A DNA stretch of 35,948 bases, taken from positions 1-35,948 of IMG/VR virus record IMGVR_UViG_3300029588_000018. The stretch is one strand, 5' to 3'. Of this stretch, positions 1-9,025 are shown piece after piece. The notes beneath the pieces are model-generated. The model was not told the origin of the DNA and did not search any database. It saw nothing but the letters and a program-made list of their open reading frames with translations. Numbering within the stretch: position 1 is the stretch's first letter; every line of letters begins with the position of its first letter. A program made the position numbers and the translations under genes. The DNA comes from a virus.

Positions 1-41
1 CATCCTCTTTCTATTGTACCACTGGTGTAAATTTTCTCTTT

Positions 42-69
42 TTGACTAGTCCTATTTATATGCTAACAT
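42..69 (+). promoter_or_regulatory. candidate sigma-A-type promoter for the rightward early operon
   Basis: TTGACT at 42-47, a 16-nt spacer, then TGcTAACAT (extended -10) at 61-69, upstream of the AAGAGGA RBS and ATG of the 90..329 ORF. The window begins with CAT, which on the minus strand is an ATG preceded by GAAAGAGG. A divergent minus-strand gene probably starts at the window edge. Confidence 0.35.
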
Positions 70-89
70 CAACATAAGAGGATTGTAAG

Positions 90-329
90 ATGACACAAAC
101 AGAAAGAGTTATCAAGCACCTAAAGGAATATGGATCTATCACTCCTTTAGAAGCAATTAAAGAGTATGGAATCACTCGTTTAGGTGCTCGCATATGGGAT
201 TTAAGAGACTTGGGGTATGACATTGAAACGCAGACCGAGACTTCAAAAAATCGGTTTGGAGATAAAACATCATATGCCAAGTACGTATTAAAAGGAGGGG
301 CTAAAAATGAATCTGTATCAAGACACTGA
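90..329 (+). CDS. small winged-helix/HTH DNA-binding protein (HTH_39-like phage regulator)
   Basis: 79-aa ORF with an RBS. ERVIKHLKEYGSITPLEAIKEYGITRLGARIWDLRDLGYDIET matches the pattern of small phage wHTH regulators. It is the first gene of the rightward operon. Confidence 0.7.
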   Translation: MTQTERVIKHLKEYGSITPLEAIKEYGITRLGARIWDLRDLGYDIETQTETSKNRFGDKTSYAKYVLKGGAKNESVSRH

Positions 330-978
330 TAAATACATTGTCGAGCATTATGGAAACCATGAAGAATGGTTAAAAAAGCGTGGACGTGGAATTGGAGGGT
401 CTGATGCAGCGTGCTTCATGAATTTGAATCCATGGAAAACGCTTAATCAGTTATGGCATGACAAGAAGTTCGGTTCACAACAAATTACAAACGAGGCTAT
501 CGAGTATGGCAATACTGCAGAGCCTTGTTTAAGAACGTTATTTCAAGCCAAACATCCTGAGTTAGATGTGCAATACGTGGATAACGTTACATTGGTTTCT
601 AAAGAACATGAGTTCTTGAGATACAGTCCTGATGGATTGATTTACAACAAGGAAACCGGTGAAAGAGGAATCTTGGAAATCAAAACATCTAAGATAATGA
701 ATCAACAGAGTTTAGATAAGTGGGGAACAAATGGGGAGAAAGCAGTTCCTAATAACTACTATTGCCAAACTTTAGAGGGATTGATCGTTACGGATTTCGA
801 CTTTGTTATTTATTGTGCAGAACTAAGATTTTTAAATGGCAAAGCATGGATAATAGAGCGTTCATACAGAAAAGAAGAAGCACTAGATAGTATGAATGAA
901 CTAAAAGAAAACATGTTAGAAAAGTGGGATATGTACTTTGTTAATGATGTAGAACCACCTATCCCATTGTCTATATAG
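307..978 (+). CDS. YqaJ-like recombination exonuclease (PD-(D/E)XK, lambda Exo-like)
   Basis: N-terminal GRGIGGSDAACFMNLNPWKT is the YqaJ signature, and ILEIKTSK is an ExK catalytic block. It sits in a module with RecT. Confidence 0.88.
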   Translation: MNLYQDTDKYIVEHYGNHEEWLKKRGRGIGGSDAACFMNLNPWKTLNQLWHDKKFGSQQITNEAIEYGNTAEPCLRTLFQAKHPELDVQYVDNVTLVSKEHEFLRYSPDGLIYNKETGERGILEIKTSKIMNQQSLDKWGTNGEKAVPNNYYCQTLEGLIVTDFDFVIYCAELRFLNGKAWIIERSYRKEEALDSMNELKENMLEKWDMYFVNDVEPPIPLSI

Positions 979-997
979 AAAAAGAGGAGATGGAAAT

Positions 998-1846
998 ATG
1001 GAATTTAATTTAGAGGTTAGTGCAAAGGATGGAAAGGTTTATACAAATGCATCTGATTTATTACCCGAAATTCAGAATGGTTTAAAGCACTATGACTACG
1101 TAGTTGACGAAAACAACTACAAACAAGCAAAATCTGACAGAACTGCATTAAACAACTTAGTAAAGATTGTCTCAGACAAGCGTAAGCAAGTTGAGAATGA
1201 TGTCTTTGCACAATGGATTCAGGATAAAAAAGACATTATGCAAGTCGAAAAGACTATCAAAGCAGCATCCGATAAATTGGGTGACGGTATCAATCAAGTT
1301 GATAAAGAAGAGAAAGAGTTAAAGCGTAATCAAATCAAAGAGTTATGGGAAAGCATGACGAACAACAAATATCCTTTTGAACTAGTTTTTGAAGAAAGAT
1401 ATTTGAACAAGTCTGTTAAGCCTAAAGAAATTGAAGAAAGCCTAAATAACAAGTTTCTTAAAGCAGAAGAACAATTATCTTTTATTGAAGCTTCACTTCC
1501 CGAAGATGAACTACAAGCAGAGCAAGTTATCCAATTGTTCTGTAAGACATTGGATTTAAGCAAAGCTACGGAACGTATCAACGAGATCAAGGAAGCTAAA
1601 GCAAAGCTTCAAGAAAAAGTAAATGCTCAGATTGAACAATCTAAGCAAGCTCAAATGGAAAGAGTAAATGCAGTTCCTGTTCAAACTCAAGTGAATGAGG
1701 TTCCAAGTCAAACAAAGCCTAACAGATATTGCGTGTTCAAAATGGAAGGCCCTATGGAAGAACTACAAGCGTACAATCCATTGTTGAACCAATTTATTAA
1801 AGAACACAACGTTAAAGTAACAATTTTAGAAAAGGGAGAGTGTTAA
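998..1846 (+). CDS. DUF1351-like phage protein (accessory to the YqaJ/RecT module)
   Basis: 282-aa, charged, coiled-coil-rich ORF between the exonuclease and RecT. The N-terminal pattern (LPEIQNGLKHYDYVVDENNYKQAKSDRTALNNL) resembles the DUF1351 family. Good RBS (GAGGAGATGG). Confidence 0.6.
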   Translation: MEFNLEVSAKDGKVYTNASDLLPEIQNGLKHYDYVVDENNYKQAKSDRTALNNLVKIVSDKRKQVENDVFAQWIQDKKDIMQVEKTIKAASDKLGDGINQVDKEEKELKRNQIKELWESMTNNKYPFELVFEERYLNKSVKPKEIEESLNNKFLKAEEQLSFIEASLPEDELQAEQVIQLFCKTLDLSKATERINEIKEAKAKLQEKVNAQIEQSKQAQMERVNAVPVQTQVNEVPSQTKPNRYCVFKMEGPMEELQAYNPLLNQFIKEHNVKVTILEKGEC

Positions 1847-1847
1847 C

Positions 1848-2678
1848 ATGATTCAAAACAATATTGCTAAAAAGCCACAGGCTTCATTCGCATCTTACGT
1901 AAAGTCTGATGCAGTACTTGCAAATATCACAAAAACTTTAGGAAGTGCAACAAGAGGAAAGAAATTTGTTGCATCCATTATCAGTGCAGTTAATACGGAT
2001 AAGAAATTAATGGAATGTGATTTTCCAACGATTATAAGTGCAGGAATCGTAGGTGATTCTTTGAACTTATCACCAAGTCCACAATTAGGACACTACTACA
2101 TGGTGCCATTCAGAGACACTAAGAACAATCGTACAGTCGCTACATTCCAACTTGGATATAAAGGTTATCTTCAATTAGCTATTCGTTCAGGTCAATATAA
2201 GAAAATCAATGTTGTAGCAGTTAAAGATGGTGAATTGTTAAGCTATAACCCATTTACAGAAGATATTGAAGTAAGAGCAATTACAGACCCATTAGAACGT
2301 GAAAAAGCTCCTACTATTGGATATTACGGAATGTTTGAATTGACTAATGGTTTTACTAAATCAATGTACTGGTCAAAAGAAACAATGGAAGAACACGCTC
2401 AGAAATATTCTAAAGGGTATGCAGCTCATAAGGGATATACATTCTGGGAAAAAGATTTTGACGGAATGGCTTTCAAAACTATCTTACGTCAATTGATTTC
2501 TAAATGGGGAATCATGAGCATTGAAATGCAAACTGCAATTGAAACAGATATGTCATTTAAAGATGATGTAAGTTCTGAACCTGTTTATTTCGATAGTGAA
2601 GAAAATCAACAAGTAGAACAAGTTCAAGTATATCAAGAACAAACATATCAAGAACCAGAGGGCGTAAGTCTTGTATAA
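1848..2678 (+). CDS. recT: RecT-family single-strand annealing protein
   Basis: 276 aa. LNLSPSPQLGHYYMVPF...FQLGYKGYLQLAIRSGQYKKI is typical RecT core sequence. It pairs with the YqaJ-like exonuclease. Confidence 0.88.
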   Translation: MIQNNIAKKPQASFASYVKSDAVLANITKTLGSATRGKKFVASIISAVNTDKKLMECDFPTIISAGIVGDSLNLSPSPQLGHYYMVPFRDTKNNRTVATFQLGYKGYLQLAIRSGQYKKINVVAVKDGELLSYNPFTEDIEVRAITDPLEREKAPTIGYYGMFELTNGFTKSMYWSKETMEEHAQKYSKGYAAHKGYTFWEKDFDGMAFKTILRQLISKWGIMSIEMQTAIETDMSFKDDVSSEPVYFDSEENQQVEQVQVYQEQTYQEPEGVSLV

Positions 2679-2982
2679 ATCAAAACGTAGTAAAGCTACA
2701 GATATAGATTTAAAAACTAGAAAGTTGGTAAAAGAAAGAGACCAAATGTGCATATTTTGTGGGAGTACATATCGCATTGAATTAGCACATACAATTCTTT
2801 CAAGAAGCAATGGCGGACTAGGTTCTGAAAAAAACCTAGTCTGTGCTTGCCAACGTTGTCATAGAATCATGGACTCAGAAAGTCTTAAAGGCAAGAAATT
2901 GAGAGAGATTGCAATTAAGTACCTAGAGCGTATCTACGGAAACATTAGTGAAGATGAGGTGAAATATGCTAAGTCAAAATGA
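2671..2982 (+). CDS. HNH endonuclease
   Basis: CIFCGS...ELAHTILSRSNGG...NLVCACQRCH gives the CxxC...H...N...CxxCH zinc/HNH pattern. TTG start overlaps the recT stop. Confidence 0.75.
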   Translation: MYKSKRSKATDIDLKTRKLVKERDQMCIFCGSTYRIELAHTILSRSNGGLGSEKNLVCACQRCHRIMDSESLKGKKLREIAIKYLERIYGNISEDEVKYAKSK

Positions 2983-3442
2983 ACTGTTGTTTAAATACAA
3001 TCCATTCAAAATCAAGCATTGGAAAGATGAAGAAATTCAAGAACAATTAGGAATCCTAGTTGATGCTTATATCTCTGATGCAGAAACAGTAATGGAAATG
3101 GCGTTAAATGTCGAAAACCTAGCGAATCAAATGTTCTTGATTGGTGAAATGATAGCTAGGTTACAAGAAAGCTCGAACATCTTAAAAGCAGATATTGAGA
3201 ACAAAATGAATCAAGCGATTTACGTAGAACGCAGCACATGGGAACGTGACCATGGAAAAGCACCTAGCATTAAATATTTTGAAGCTTTAGCAGGTCAAAA
3301 AGTATCTGAGGAAAAATCAAAGTTTGCAAAATTAGATAGCGATTTGAAACGATTCAAAACGGCTTATGAAAGTATTGAAGCTAAGATGAATTCGGAAAAG
3401 AAAAAAATCGAGGCTACTAAGTTTGAGATTGGAGGTGCGTAG
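2966..3442 (+). CDS. hypothetical coiled-coil protein
   Basis: 158-aa ORF with a GAGGTG RBS, overlapping the end of the HNH gene. No recognisable motif. Confidence 0.55.
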   Translation: MLSQNELLFKYNPFKIKHWKDEEIQEQLGILVDAYISDAETVMEMALNVENLANQMFLIGEMIARLQESSNILKADIENKMNQAIYVERSTWERDHGKAPSIKYFEALAGQKVSEEKSKFAKLDSDLKRFKTAYESIEAKMNSEKKKIEATKFEIGGA

Positions 3443-3443
3443 G

Positions 3444-3938
3444 ATGATTTTAGGTATTGATCCAGCAAATGAATACAGTGCATTTGTTGTGGTAGAAAAT
3501 GATTTATCGGCAGTTGTAGATAAAGGGAAAATATCTAACTTGGAATTGCAAGAGAAAATCTCAAGTTGGAAAGCAGAAAATTATCCAATTGATTATGTAG
3601 CAATTGAAGGAATACAAAGTTTCGGTATGCCTGTAGGTCAAACAACATTTGAAACTTGTTACTTTATAGGACGCTTATTGCAGCAATTTGAATCTTTTGA
3701 TATTTACCCAACGTTAATTTATCGAAGTGAAGAAAAAATGACTCTATGCCACTCTATGAAAGCGACAGATACAACTATTAGACAAGCTCTGATTGATTTA
3801 TTTGCTAAAGATACTCCAAACAAGGGAAAAGGTACAAAAAAGAATCCTGGTTACTTTTATGGATTTAAAGCGGACATTTGGAGTGCCTTTAGTATCGTTT
3901 TGACGTTTCATACTAAATATATCGGAACAGAATGTTAG
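3444..3938 (+). CDS. putative RuvC-fold Holliday junction resolvase
   Basis: MILGIDPANE...VAIEGIQSFG...FKADIWSAF places acidic residues in RuvC-like order. GGAGGTG (3431-3437) lies 6 nt before ATG 3444, so the ORF-track start at 3423 is less likely. Confidence 0.5.
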   Translation: MILGIDPANEYSAFVVVENDLSAVVDKGKISNLELQEKISSWKAENYPIDYVAIEGIQSFGMPVGQTTFETCYFIGRLLQQFESFDIYPTLIYRSEEKMTLCHSMKATDTTIRQALIDLFAKDTPNKGKGTKKNPGYFYGFKADIWSAFSIVLTFHTKYIGTEC

Positions 3939-3950
3939 GAGGTGTGATGA

Positions 3951-4676
3951 ATGGAAGAACAACTAAAATCATATTATGCGATCATTCCAGCAAACGTAAG
4001 ATATGATAAAGATTTAGCTCCAAACGCAAAATTGCTATATGGAGAAATCACTGCATTATGCAACGAAAAAGGATATTGTTGGGCATCTAATCAATATTTC
4101 GCAGATTTATATCATTCTTCTATATCGGCAGTACAAAAATGGGTAAGTGCCTTAGTGAAAAAAGGATATATCAATCTAGAGCTTGTTTACAAAGAAGGAA
4201 CGAAGCAAGTACTGCATCGAAAGTTATATATCACCCCTGGTGTAAATATTTACACCACCTCACATAAAAATTTATATGACCCTGGGGTAAAAAACTACAC
4301 GCCCCCTGGTGTAAATATTTGCGTGGAGAATAATACATTTAATAATAAAAAAGATGTATATACACGCAAACACAAATACGGAGAATATCAGCACGTATTG
4401 TTAACTGATAAAGAACACACTCACCTAATTGAATTATATGGACCATCTTTGGATGAACATATAAAGATTCTTGATGAATATATTGAGACATCAGGAAAAA
4501 AATACAAGAACCATTCACTAGTTATTCAGAAGTGGGTACATGATGAATGGACCAAAAGAAATAAAAATAAGCCTGTTAAATTGGATTCTAAATTCTACAC
4601 CCAGGAAAACACACTATCCGATGAAGATTTGATGAAAGAATTTAACAGGGTGAGAAGGGAAATGTTAAGAGCGTAG
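3951..4676 (+). CDS. phage replication initiator / replisome organiser with N-terminal wHTH
   Basis: YYAIIPANVRYDKDLAPNAKLLYGEITALCNEKGYCWASNQYFADLYHSSISAVQKWVSALVKKGYI is the typical N-terminus of Firmicute phage and plasmid replication HTH proteins. Iteron-like repeats lie inside the gene. Confidence 0.7.
   Translation: MEEQLKSYYAIIPANVRYDKDLAPNAKLLYGEITALCNEKGYCWASNQYFADLYHSSISAVQKWVSALVKKGYINLELVYKEGTKQVLHRKLYITPGVNIYTTSHKNLYDPGVKNYTPPGVNICVENNTFNNKKDVYTRKHKYGEYQHVLLTDKEHTHLIELYGPSLDEHIKILDEYIETSGKKYKNHSLVIQKWVHDEWTKRNKNKPVKLDSKFYTQENTLSDEDLMKEFNRVRREMLRA
4234..4320. repeat. iteron-like repeats and palindrome (putative phage ori) inside the initiator gene
   Basis: CCCCTGGTGTAAATATTT occurs twice exactly (4234-4251 and 4303-4320), with a degenerate copy CCCTGGGGTAAAAA at 4280-4293. 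GGTGTAAATATTTACACC (4239-4256) is a perfect 18-bp palindrome. Confidence 0.6.
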
Positions 4677-4688
4677 AAAGGTGATTAA

Positions 4689-4958
4689 ATGATTAATTGG
4701 TTTTGTGGGTTTATGTGGGGAAGTGCTGCAACACTTCTTCTATATAGCCTATATGTTGGAAAAAGAATTCAGAGAGAACAAGATAAAGCGACTAAATGTA
4801 TTTTCAAATATGAAGAATACAGGCGAAGAATCAGAACATTGGCAAATGAAAACAAAAGTCTAGTGTATCAAGTTAGAGAGCTAGAGAAGAAGCTTGAATC
4901 GAGTAATAACACAGATGATTACACGGGTGATTACTTAGGCTTCGAGGAGACGAAATAA
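4689..4958 (+). CDS. hypothetical protein with N-terminal transmembrane helix
   Basis: 89-aa ORF with a hydrophobic N-terminus (WFCGFMWGSAATLLLYSLYV) followed by a charged coiled-coil segment. Confidence 0.55.
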   Translation: MINWFCGFMWGSAATLLLYSLYVGKRIQREQDKATKCIFKYEEYRRRIRTLANENKSLVYQVRELEKKLESSNNTDDYTGDYLGFEETK

Positions 4959-4973
4959 TCAGGAGGGGTAAAA

Positions 4974-5618
4974 GTGAAATATTACATGCTGGACATAAGA
5001 GATATATCAAATGTACGTGGAATCGTAATTGCCAAAGATGTAATGAGGGAATTGGGCATTACAAATGCTCAGTTCACTAAAATGGTTCGGAACGAGGAAA
5101 TCTATAAAGGATGTATTCTCGTTCCCGTCATTCGTGAGAGCGGTAGAGAGCTTCCAACAAGTGAATCGGAGGAACTATACCAATTGGTTGGTGAAAGTGA
5201 CAGTGGGTATAGATATTACGTTACAAGTCACATAAGAGTCGTTTCTGTTTCACCATTTGATGGAACGGAAAGAGAAATGCGTATCCGAAAAACAAGCGAA
5301 ACTAGATATGTTGTAAAGATTAGAGATGGAAATCGGAACAAATATATAAGTGTTCTTGGTGAAGTGTATAAAGCGTTTGTTGGGGAAATAAAAGATAAAC
5401 ACATTGTTGTATGTGATGGGGATTTAAAAATAGAAAATCTAAAGTTAGTAGATCTATCAGAAGTAAACAGATTAAAAAACTCGAAGAAGGTAAAGGTTGG
5501 AGATAAAATTTATAACTCGATTGCAGAATGTGCCAATAAGAATTTTATCTCTGTACCTTATTTGTATCAGATGATAGAAGGAATCAGACCTAATTCAATA
5601 GGTGTTGAATTTGTATAA
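4974..5618 (+). CDS. hypothetical protein with NUMOD/IENR-like C-terminal DNA-binding motif
   Basis: The GTG start lies 7 nt after AGGAGG. The C-terminal KIYNSIAECANKNFISVPYLYQMIEG resembles the small HTH modules of homing-endonuclease-associated proteins. Confidence 0.55.
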   Translation: MKYYMLDIRDISNVRGIVIAKDVMRELGITNAQFTKMVRNEEIYKGCILVPVIRESGRELPTSESEELYQLVGESDSGYRYYVTSHIRVVSVSPFDGTEREMRIRKTSETRYVVKIRDGNRNKYISVLGEVYKAFVGEIKDKHIVVCDGDLKIENLKLVDLSEVNRLKNSKKVKVGDKIYNSIAECANKNFISVPYLYQMIEGIRPNSIGVEFV

Positions 5619-5633
5619 AGGAGTTGAAAAGAA

Positions 5634-6104
5634 ATGAACAGAGTAATTTTATCAGGCGAAATCGGTAGCGATATTGTTTTAAAGAATACAACTACAGGAC
5701 AAAGCCTATGTAATTTTTCTATCGAAGTTAAGGAGAAAGGGAAGGACGGACAAGAACGTAAATATTTCTTCGATTGCACCGCTTGGGGAGATAATGCAGA
5801 GTACATTAATCAATATGGATTTAGAGGGCAACACATTGAAATTGACGGAAAACTTCAGAAAAGCTCATACACGAACAAAGAGAATCAGAAGGTGTATAAG
5901 ACTAGCGTGTACGTAATGGACGTAGAATTGGCTTTAAACAATGCGACAATGCCACAAACACAAGCTTATCAACAACAAGTAAGTCAACAGACATATCAAC
6001 CACAACAACAGATGCAGCAACCTCAAACAGTACCATTTACAAATCAAGTAAATTACCAATCATATCCTTCAAATGATGATTTAGGAGAGGGGATGCCATT
6101 CTAG
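5634..6104 (+). CDS. ssb: single-stranded DNA-binding protein
   Basis: MNRVILSGEIGSDIVLKNTTTGQSLCNFSIEV is an OB-fold N-terminus. It is followed by a Q/P-rich linker and an acidic tail, DDLGEGMPF. Confidence 0.9.
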   Translation: MNRVILSGEIGSDIVLKNTTTGQSLCNFSIEVKEKGKDGQERKYFFDCTAWGDNAEYINQYGFRGQHIEIDGKLQKSSYTNKENQKVYKTSVYVMDVELALNNATMPQTQAYQQQVSQQTYQPQQQMQQPQTVPFTNQVNYQSYPSNDDLGEGMPF

Positions 6105-6320
6105 ATGATTGCTAAAAGATATGACGGAAAAGTTTCCTACAGTGTAAAGAAATGCGACAACAGGTGCATGAACAAATACAAATACTGTACAGATACAGAG
6201 AATGGGAAATTGGTTTTCAAGAAGCCTGGGAAAGATTTTCTAGGAGCAAAAAAGGAAAACATTATGAATCTGTATGTAATCGAAGGAGGTCTATACATTG
6301 GGGAATATGTCGGAAAATAA
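6105..6320 (+). CDS. hypothetical small protein
   Basis: 71-aa ORF starting directly after the ssb stop. It competes with an overlapping alternative frame (6152..6364). Confidence 0.35.
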   Translation: MIAKRYDGKVSYSVKKCDNRCMNKYKYCTDTENGKLVFKKPGKDFLGAKKENIMNLYVIEGGLYIGEYVGK

Positions 6321-6633
6321 CGTTTACGGAAGATTTGCTTCATTCTTTAAAAACTATGAATTAAAAGAAGCGGACAAATATATTAAACGTGTGTTTCCAA
6401 ACGCTGAGTTTTATATAGATTACGAGCACGCACTGGTTTTTGAAAGAATTGGAGAAGATGAACAAATTGATCTTGATTATCATACAGTGATAAACGGGAT
6501 TGCTTATGATGGGACGTTCACAAGCAATTATAACGAGTTAGTTAAATATTTTGATGAATCAAAGGCTCAAGAAAAGAAATCTAATGTATTCACGTGCAAT
6601 GGTAAGAAATTTGAACAAGAAACGTTGTTTTAA
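6298..6633 (+). CDS. hypothetical protein
   Basis: 111-aa ORF in operon context. No recognisable motif. Confidence 0.5.
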   Translation: MGNMSENNVYGRFASFFKNYELKEADKYIKRVFPNAEFYIDYEHALVFERIGEDEQIDLDYHTVINGIAYDGTFTSNYNELVKYFDESKAQEKKSNVFTCNGKKFEQETLF

Positions 6634-6648
6634 AAAGGGTGTGAACAA

Positions 6649-7620
6649 ATGGAAAAAATACAGATTTTAGAATTGTTTGGAGGTATAGGTTCTCCAAGAT
6701 GTGCATTGAGGAACATAGGAGTTGATGTAAAAGCAATTGACTATGTAGAGATAGATGAAAAAGCAGTTCGGTCTTACAACGCTATGTTTGAGAGTGAGCT
6801 GCCATATAAAATTCAATCTGTAGTAGGTTGGAATTTAAAACCAGACATTTTGATACATGGAAGTCCATGCCAAGATTTCTCAATCGCAGGTAAACAAAAA
6901 GGAGCGGATGAAGGATCTGAAACTCGTAGTTCATTGATGTGGGAAACTATACATATTATTCAACAGATGGGAGTATGGAAGCCTAGATATGTAATTTGGG
7001 AAAATGTGAAAAACGTATTGTCAAAGCACATGATTCATAACTTCAATCGTTATTTGAAAGAAATGGAAAAAATGGGATATACAAATTCATTTGAAATATT
7101 AAATGCAAGAGAATTTGGATTACCGCAAAACAGAAATAGAGTGTTTACAGTATCGGTTTTAGGAAATGAATATTTTGAATTTGATGATTTAATCAGAACA
7201 AAAGAAAAGAATATCAACGATTTTCTAGAAAAAACATTTGAAGATAAATACATAGTTAGTCAAAAAAGTATGTTAAAAAAAATTGAATCTAAAGATAGCA
7301 ACTTTAAAGTGAAAGTGATTAAAGATTATTGCGATACGATAACGTGCAAACAAGTACGAAGCCCAAACGCAGGTGTAATTAGATTAGATGATGGAAGATA
7401 CAGATATTTGACGGAACGTGAATGTTGGAGACTTCAAGGATATACGGATGATGACTTCGATAATGCAGCAAGAGTAAATCCTGGGAAAGAGGGGTGCATG
7501 AACAGTGCATTGTACAAGCAAGCTGGTAATTCAATTCCTGTACCAATATTCGAAAGTATATTCAGAAAAATAATACTGAATCAAACAGATTCAAGTAACA
7601 AGGAAAACAGATTGTTTTAA
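6649..7620 (+). CDS. DNA (cytosine-5)-methyltransferase
   Basis: Motifs appear in canonical order: ELFGGIGS (I), GSPCQDFSIAGK (IV), WENVKN (VI), QNRNRVF (VIII), GNSIPV (X). Confidence 0.92.
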   Translation: MEKIQILELFGGIGSPRCALRNIGVDVKAIDYVEIDEKAVRSYNAMFESELPYKIQSVVGWNLKPDILIHGSPCQDFSIAGKQKGADEGSETRSSLMWETIHIIQQMGVWKPRYVIWENVKNVLSKHMIHNFNRYLKEMEKMGYTNSFEILNAREFGLPQNRNRVFTVSVLGNEYFEFDDLIRTKEKNINDFLEKTFEDKYIVSQKSMLKKIESKDSNFKVKVIKDYCDTITCKQVRSPNAGVIRLDDGRYRYLTERECWRLQGYTDDDFDNAARVNPGKEGCMNSALYKQAGNSIPVPIFESIFRKIILNQTDSSNKENRLF

Positions 7621-7632
7621 AGGAGTAAAAGC

Positions 7633-7929
7633 ATGGCAAAATATTTATTTAAGGCGAATATATTCGCTAAATTATCAGAAATCGTAGAAGCTGATTCAGA
7701 AAAAGAAGTTTGGGATAAGATTAGAAATCGAAAATCTTTTGAAATTAATCAAGAAGTTTTGAACCTTTATCCATCATCAATTGAGATTAGAAAAATCAAA
7801 GAAAAAAAAGAGGAAAATAACAAGGAATTAAAAGAAAAAGTAGAGTTAATGAACTCTGAGGATTACAAAGAATTAATTAAAGAAGAATATGAAAAATTAG
7901 GAATTGAGGTGTTAGAAGGCTATGAATAA
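7633..7929 (+). CDS. hypothetical protein (charged, K/E-rich)
   Basis: 98-aa ORF in operon context. Confidence 0.5.
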   Translation: MAKYLFKANIFAKLSEIVEADSEKEVWDKIRNRKSFEINQEVLNLYPSSIEIRKIKEKKEENNKELKEKVELMNSEDYKELIKEEYEKLGIEVLEGYE

Positions 7930-8305
7930 ATATCAAGAAGCTTTAAACAAGATTAGAAATATAGTGTTAGATGAAAGTGGTGATGGATATCACACTCAGA
8001 GATATTTACAAGACTTTTATTCGAACGCATGTGGAACATTACAGGATTTAGTCTATAAAGCAGATTTGTTTGAGTGGATTCCATTTCCACCAAAAGACGA
8101 GGTTACAATTTGTCTCGATTGTCTAGTTCCTGAAGTTGATGAGGAAATACTTGTTAGTGATGGTGAGGACGTATGGCAAGATAGATGGCTCGTTATCAGT
8201 AAAGGCTATGATTATGATTATGAACTTGATAGTGAAATAGATTTTGAAGGTTTAGCTTGGATGCCATTGCCAAAGCCTTATAAGGAGCAAGAAGATGACT
8301 GCTAG
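7922..8305 (+). CDS. hypothetical protein, DUF551-like C-terminus
   Basis: EWIPFPPKDEV and the C-terminal WMPLPKPYKE resemble the DUF551 phage family. It overlaps its neighbours by 8 and 11 nt. Confidence 0.5.
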   Translation: MNKYQEALNKIRNIVLDESGDGYHTQRYLQDFYSNACGTLQDLVYKADLFEWIPFPPKDEVTICLDCLVPEVDEEILVSDGEDVWQDRWLVISKGYDYDYELDSEIDFEGLAWMPLPKPYKEQEDDC

Positions 8306-8522
8306 AGAAATGTTTAAAAAGCTAGGGTATAAAAAATGTGCTTTTGGCGATTGTGTTGTTTATGAAAAAGGAAGTATTATGCGTTACATAATTCAATTTA
8401 ATTTAAAAGATAAAATCTTTTATTCATATACGGAATGTGGAATGGCAAATTCAATAAAAAGTTTAACTGCAAATGAGTTAAAAGCGGTTCAACAACAGAT
8501 GAATGAATTGGGGTGGATTTAA
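8295..8522 (+). CDS. hypothetical small protein
   Basis: 75-aa ORF, translationally coupled to its neighbours. Confidence 0.5.
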   Translation: MTAREMFKKLGYKKCAFGDCVVYEKGSIMRYIIQFNLKDKIFYSYTECGMANSIKSLTANELKAVQQQMNELGWI

Positions 8523-9025
8523 TGAAAACAAAGGAAGAATACTTATTAGCGTTAGATCGAATTGATAATGCGTATAATAATTTTGATAGATCTATTAGTG
8601 CAGTAGGAATGTTTATCCAAGATTTCAATTTACTTCTCGGATTAGTAAATGAGCATTTTGAAGATAAACAAGAAACAAATTTCGAACATTATTTTGAATA
8701 CTTGTCAAAACTAAACATGGGTGATTTTGCTCTAATTGATGGAAGAGTTACGCAGTGCTTGGGCACAGGTTGTAGTGAATGTGACTTTAATGGTGATTGT
8801 ATCGAAGGAAAATTTAAATGGTTAAAGCAGCCATATGAAAAGCCAAAATATAAATTAACTAAATTTGAGTTTGATTTAATTCAAACATACCGTGATTGTC
8901 ATGAAAGTTGTAAAATTTCAGAGTTTAAGCAATTAATAGAGTTAAAAGATAAAGGATATTTCAAATGTATTGATCACGATACAAAGATTCAGGATGTTTT
9001 AAAAAATTGTGAGGTTATTCAATGA
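8513..9025 (+). CDS. hypothetical Cys-rich protein
   Basis: 170 aa with the cluster CLGTGCSECDFNGDC and CHESC. The C-terminus LKNCEVIQ is shared with the next ORF. Confidence 0.5.
   Translation: MDLMKTKEEYLLALDRIDNAYNNFDRSISAVGMFIQDFNLLLGLVNEHFEDKQETNFEHYFEYLSKLNMGDFALIDGRVTQCLGTGCSECDFNGDCIEGKFKWLKQPYEKPKYKLTKFEFDLIQTYRDCHESCKISEFKQLIELKDKGYFKCIDHDTKIQDVLKNCEVIQ

Noticed and set aside
56-280. 74-aa minus-strand ORF overlapping the first + gene
   Set aside because: It is an antisense shadow of the well-supported 90..329 wHTH gene. It has no RBS and a low-complexity composition.
6152-6364. 70-aa + ORF in an alternative frame overlapping 6105..6320 and 6298..6633
   Set aside because: It would overlap two better-placed ORFs almost completely. 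It has no RBS and an arginine-rich, out-of-frame-looking composition.
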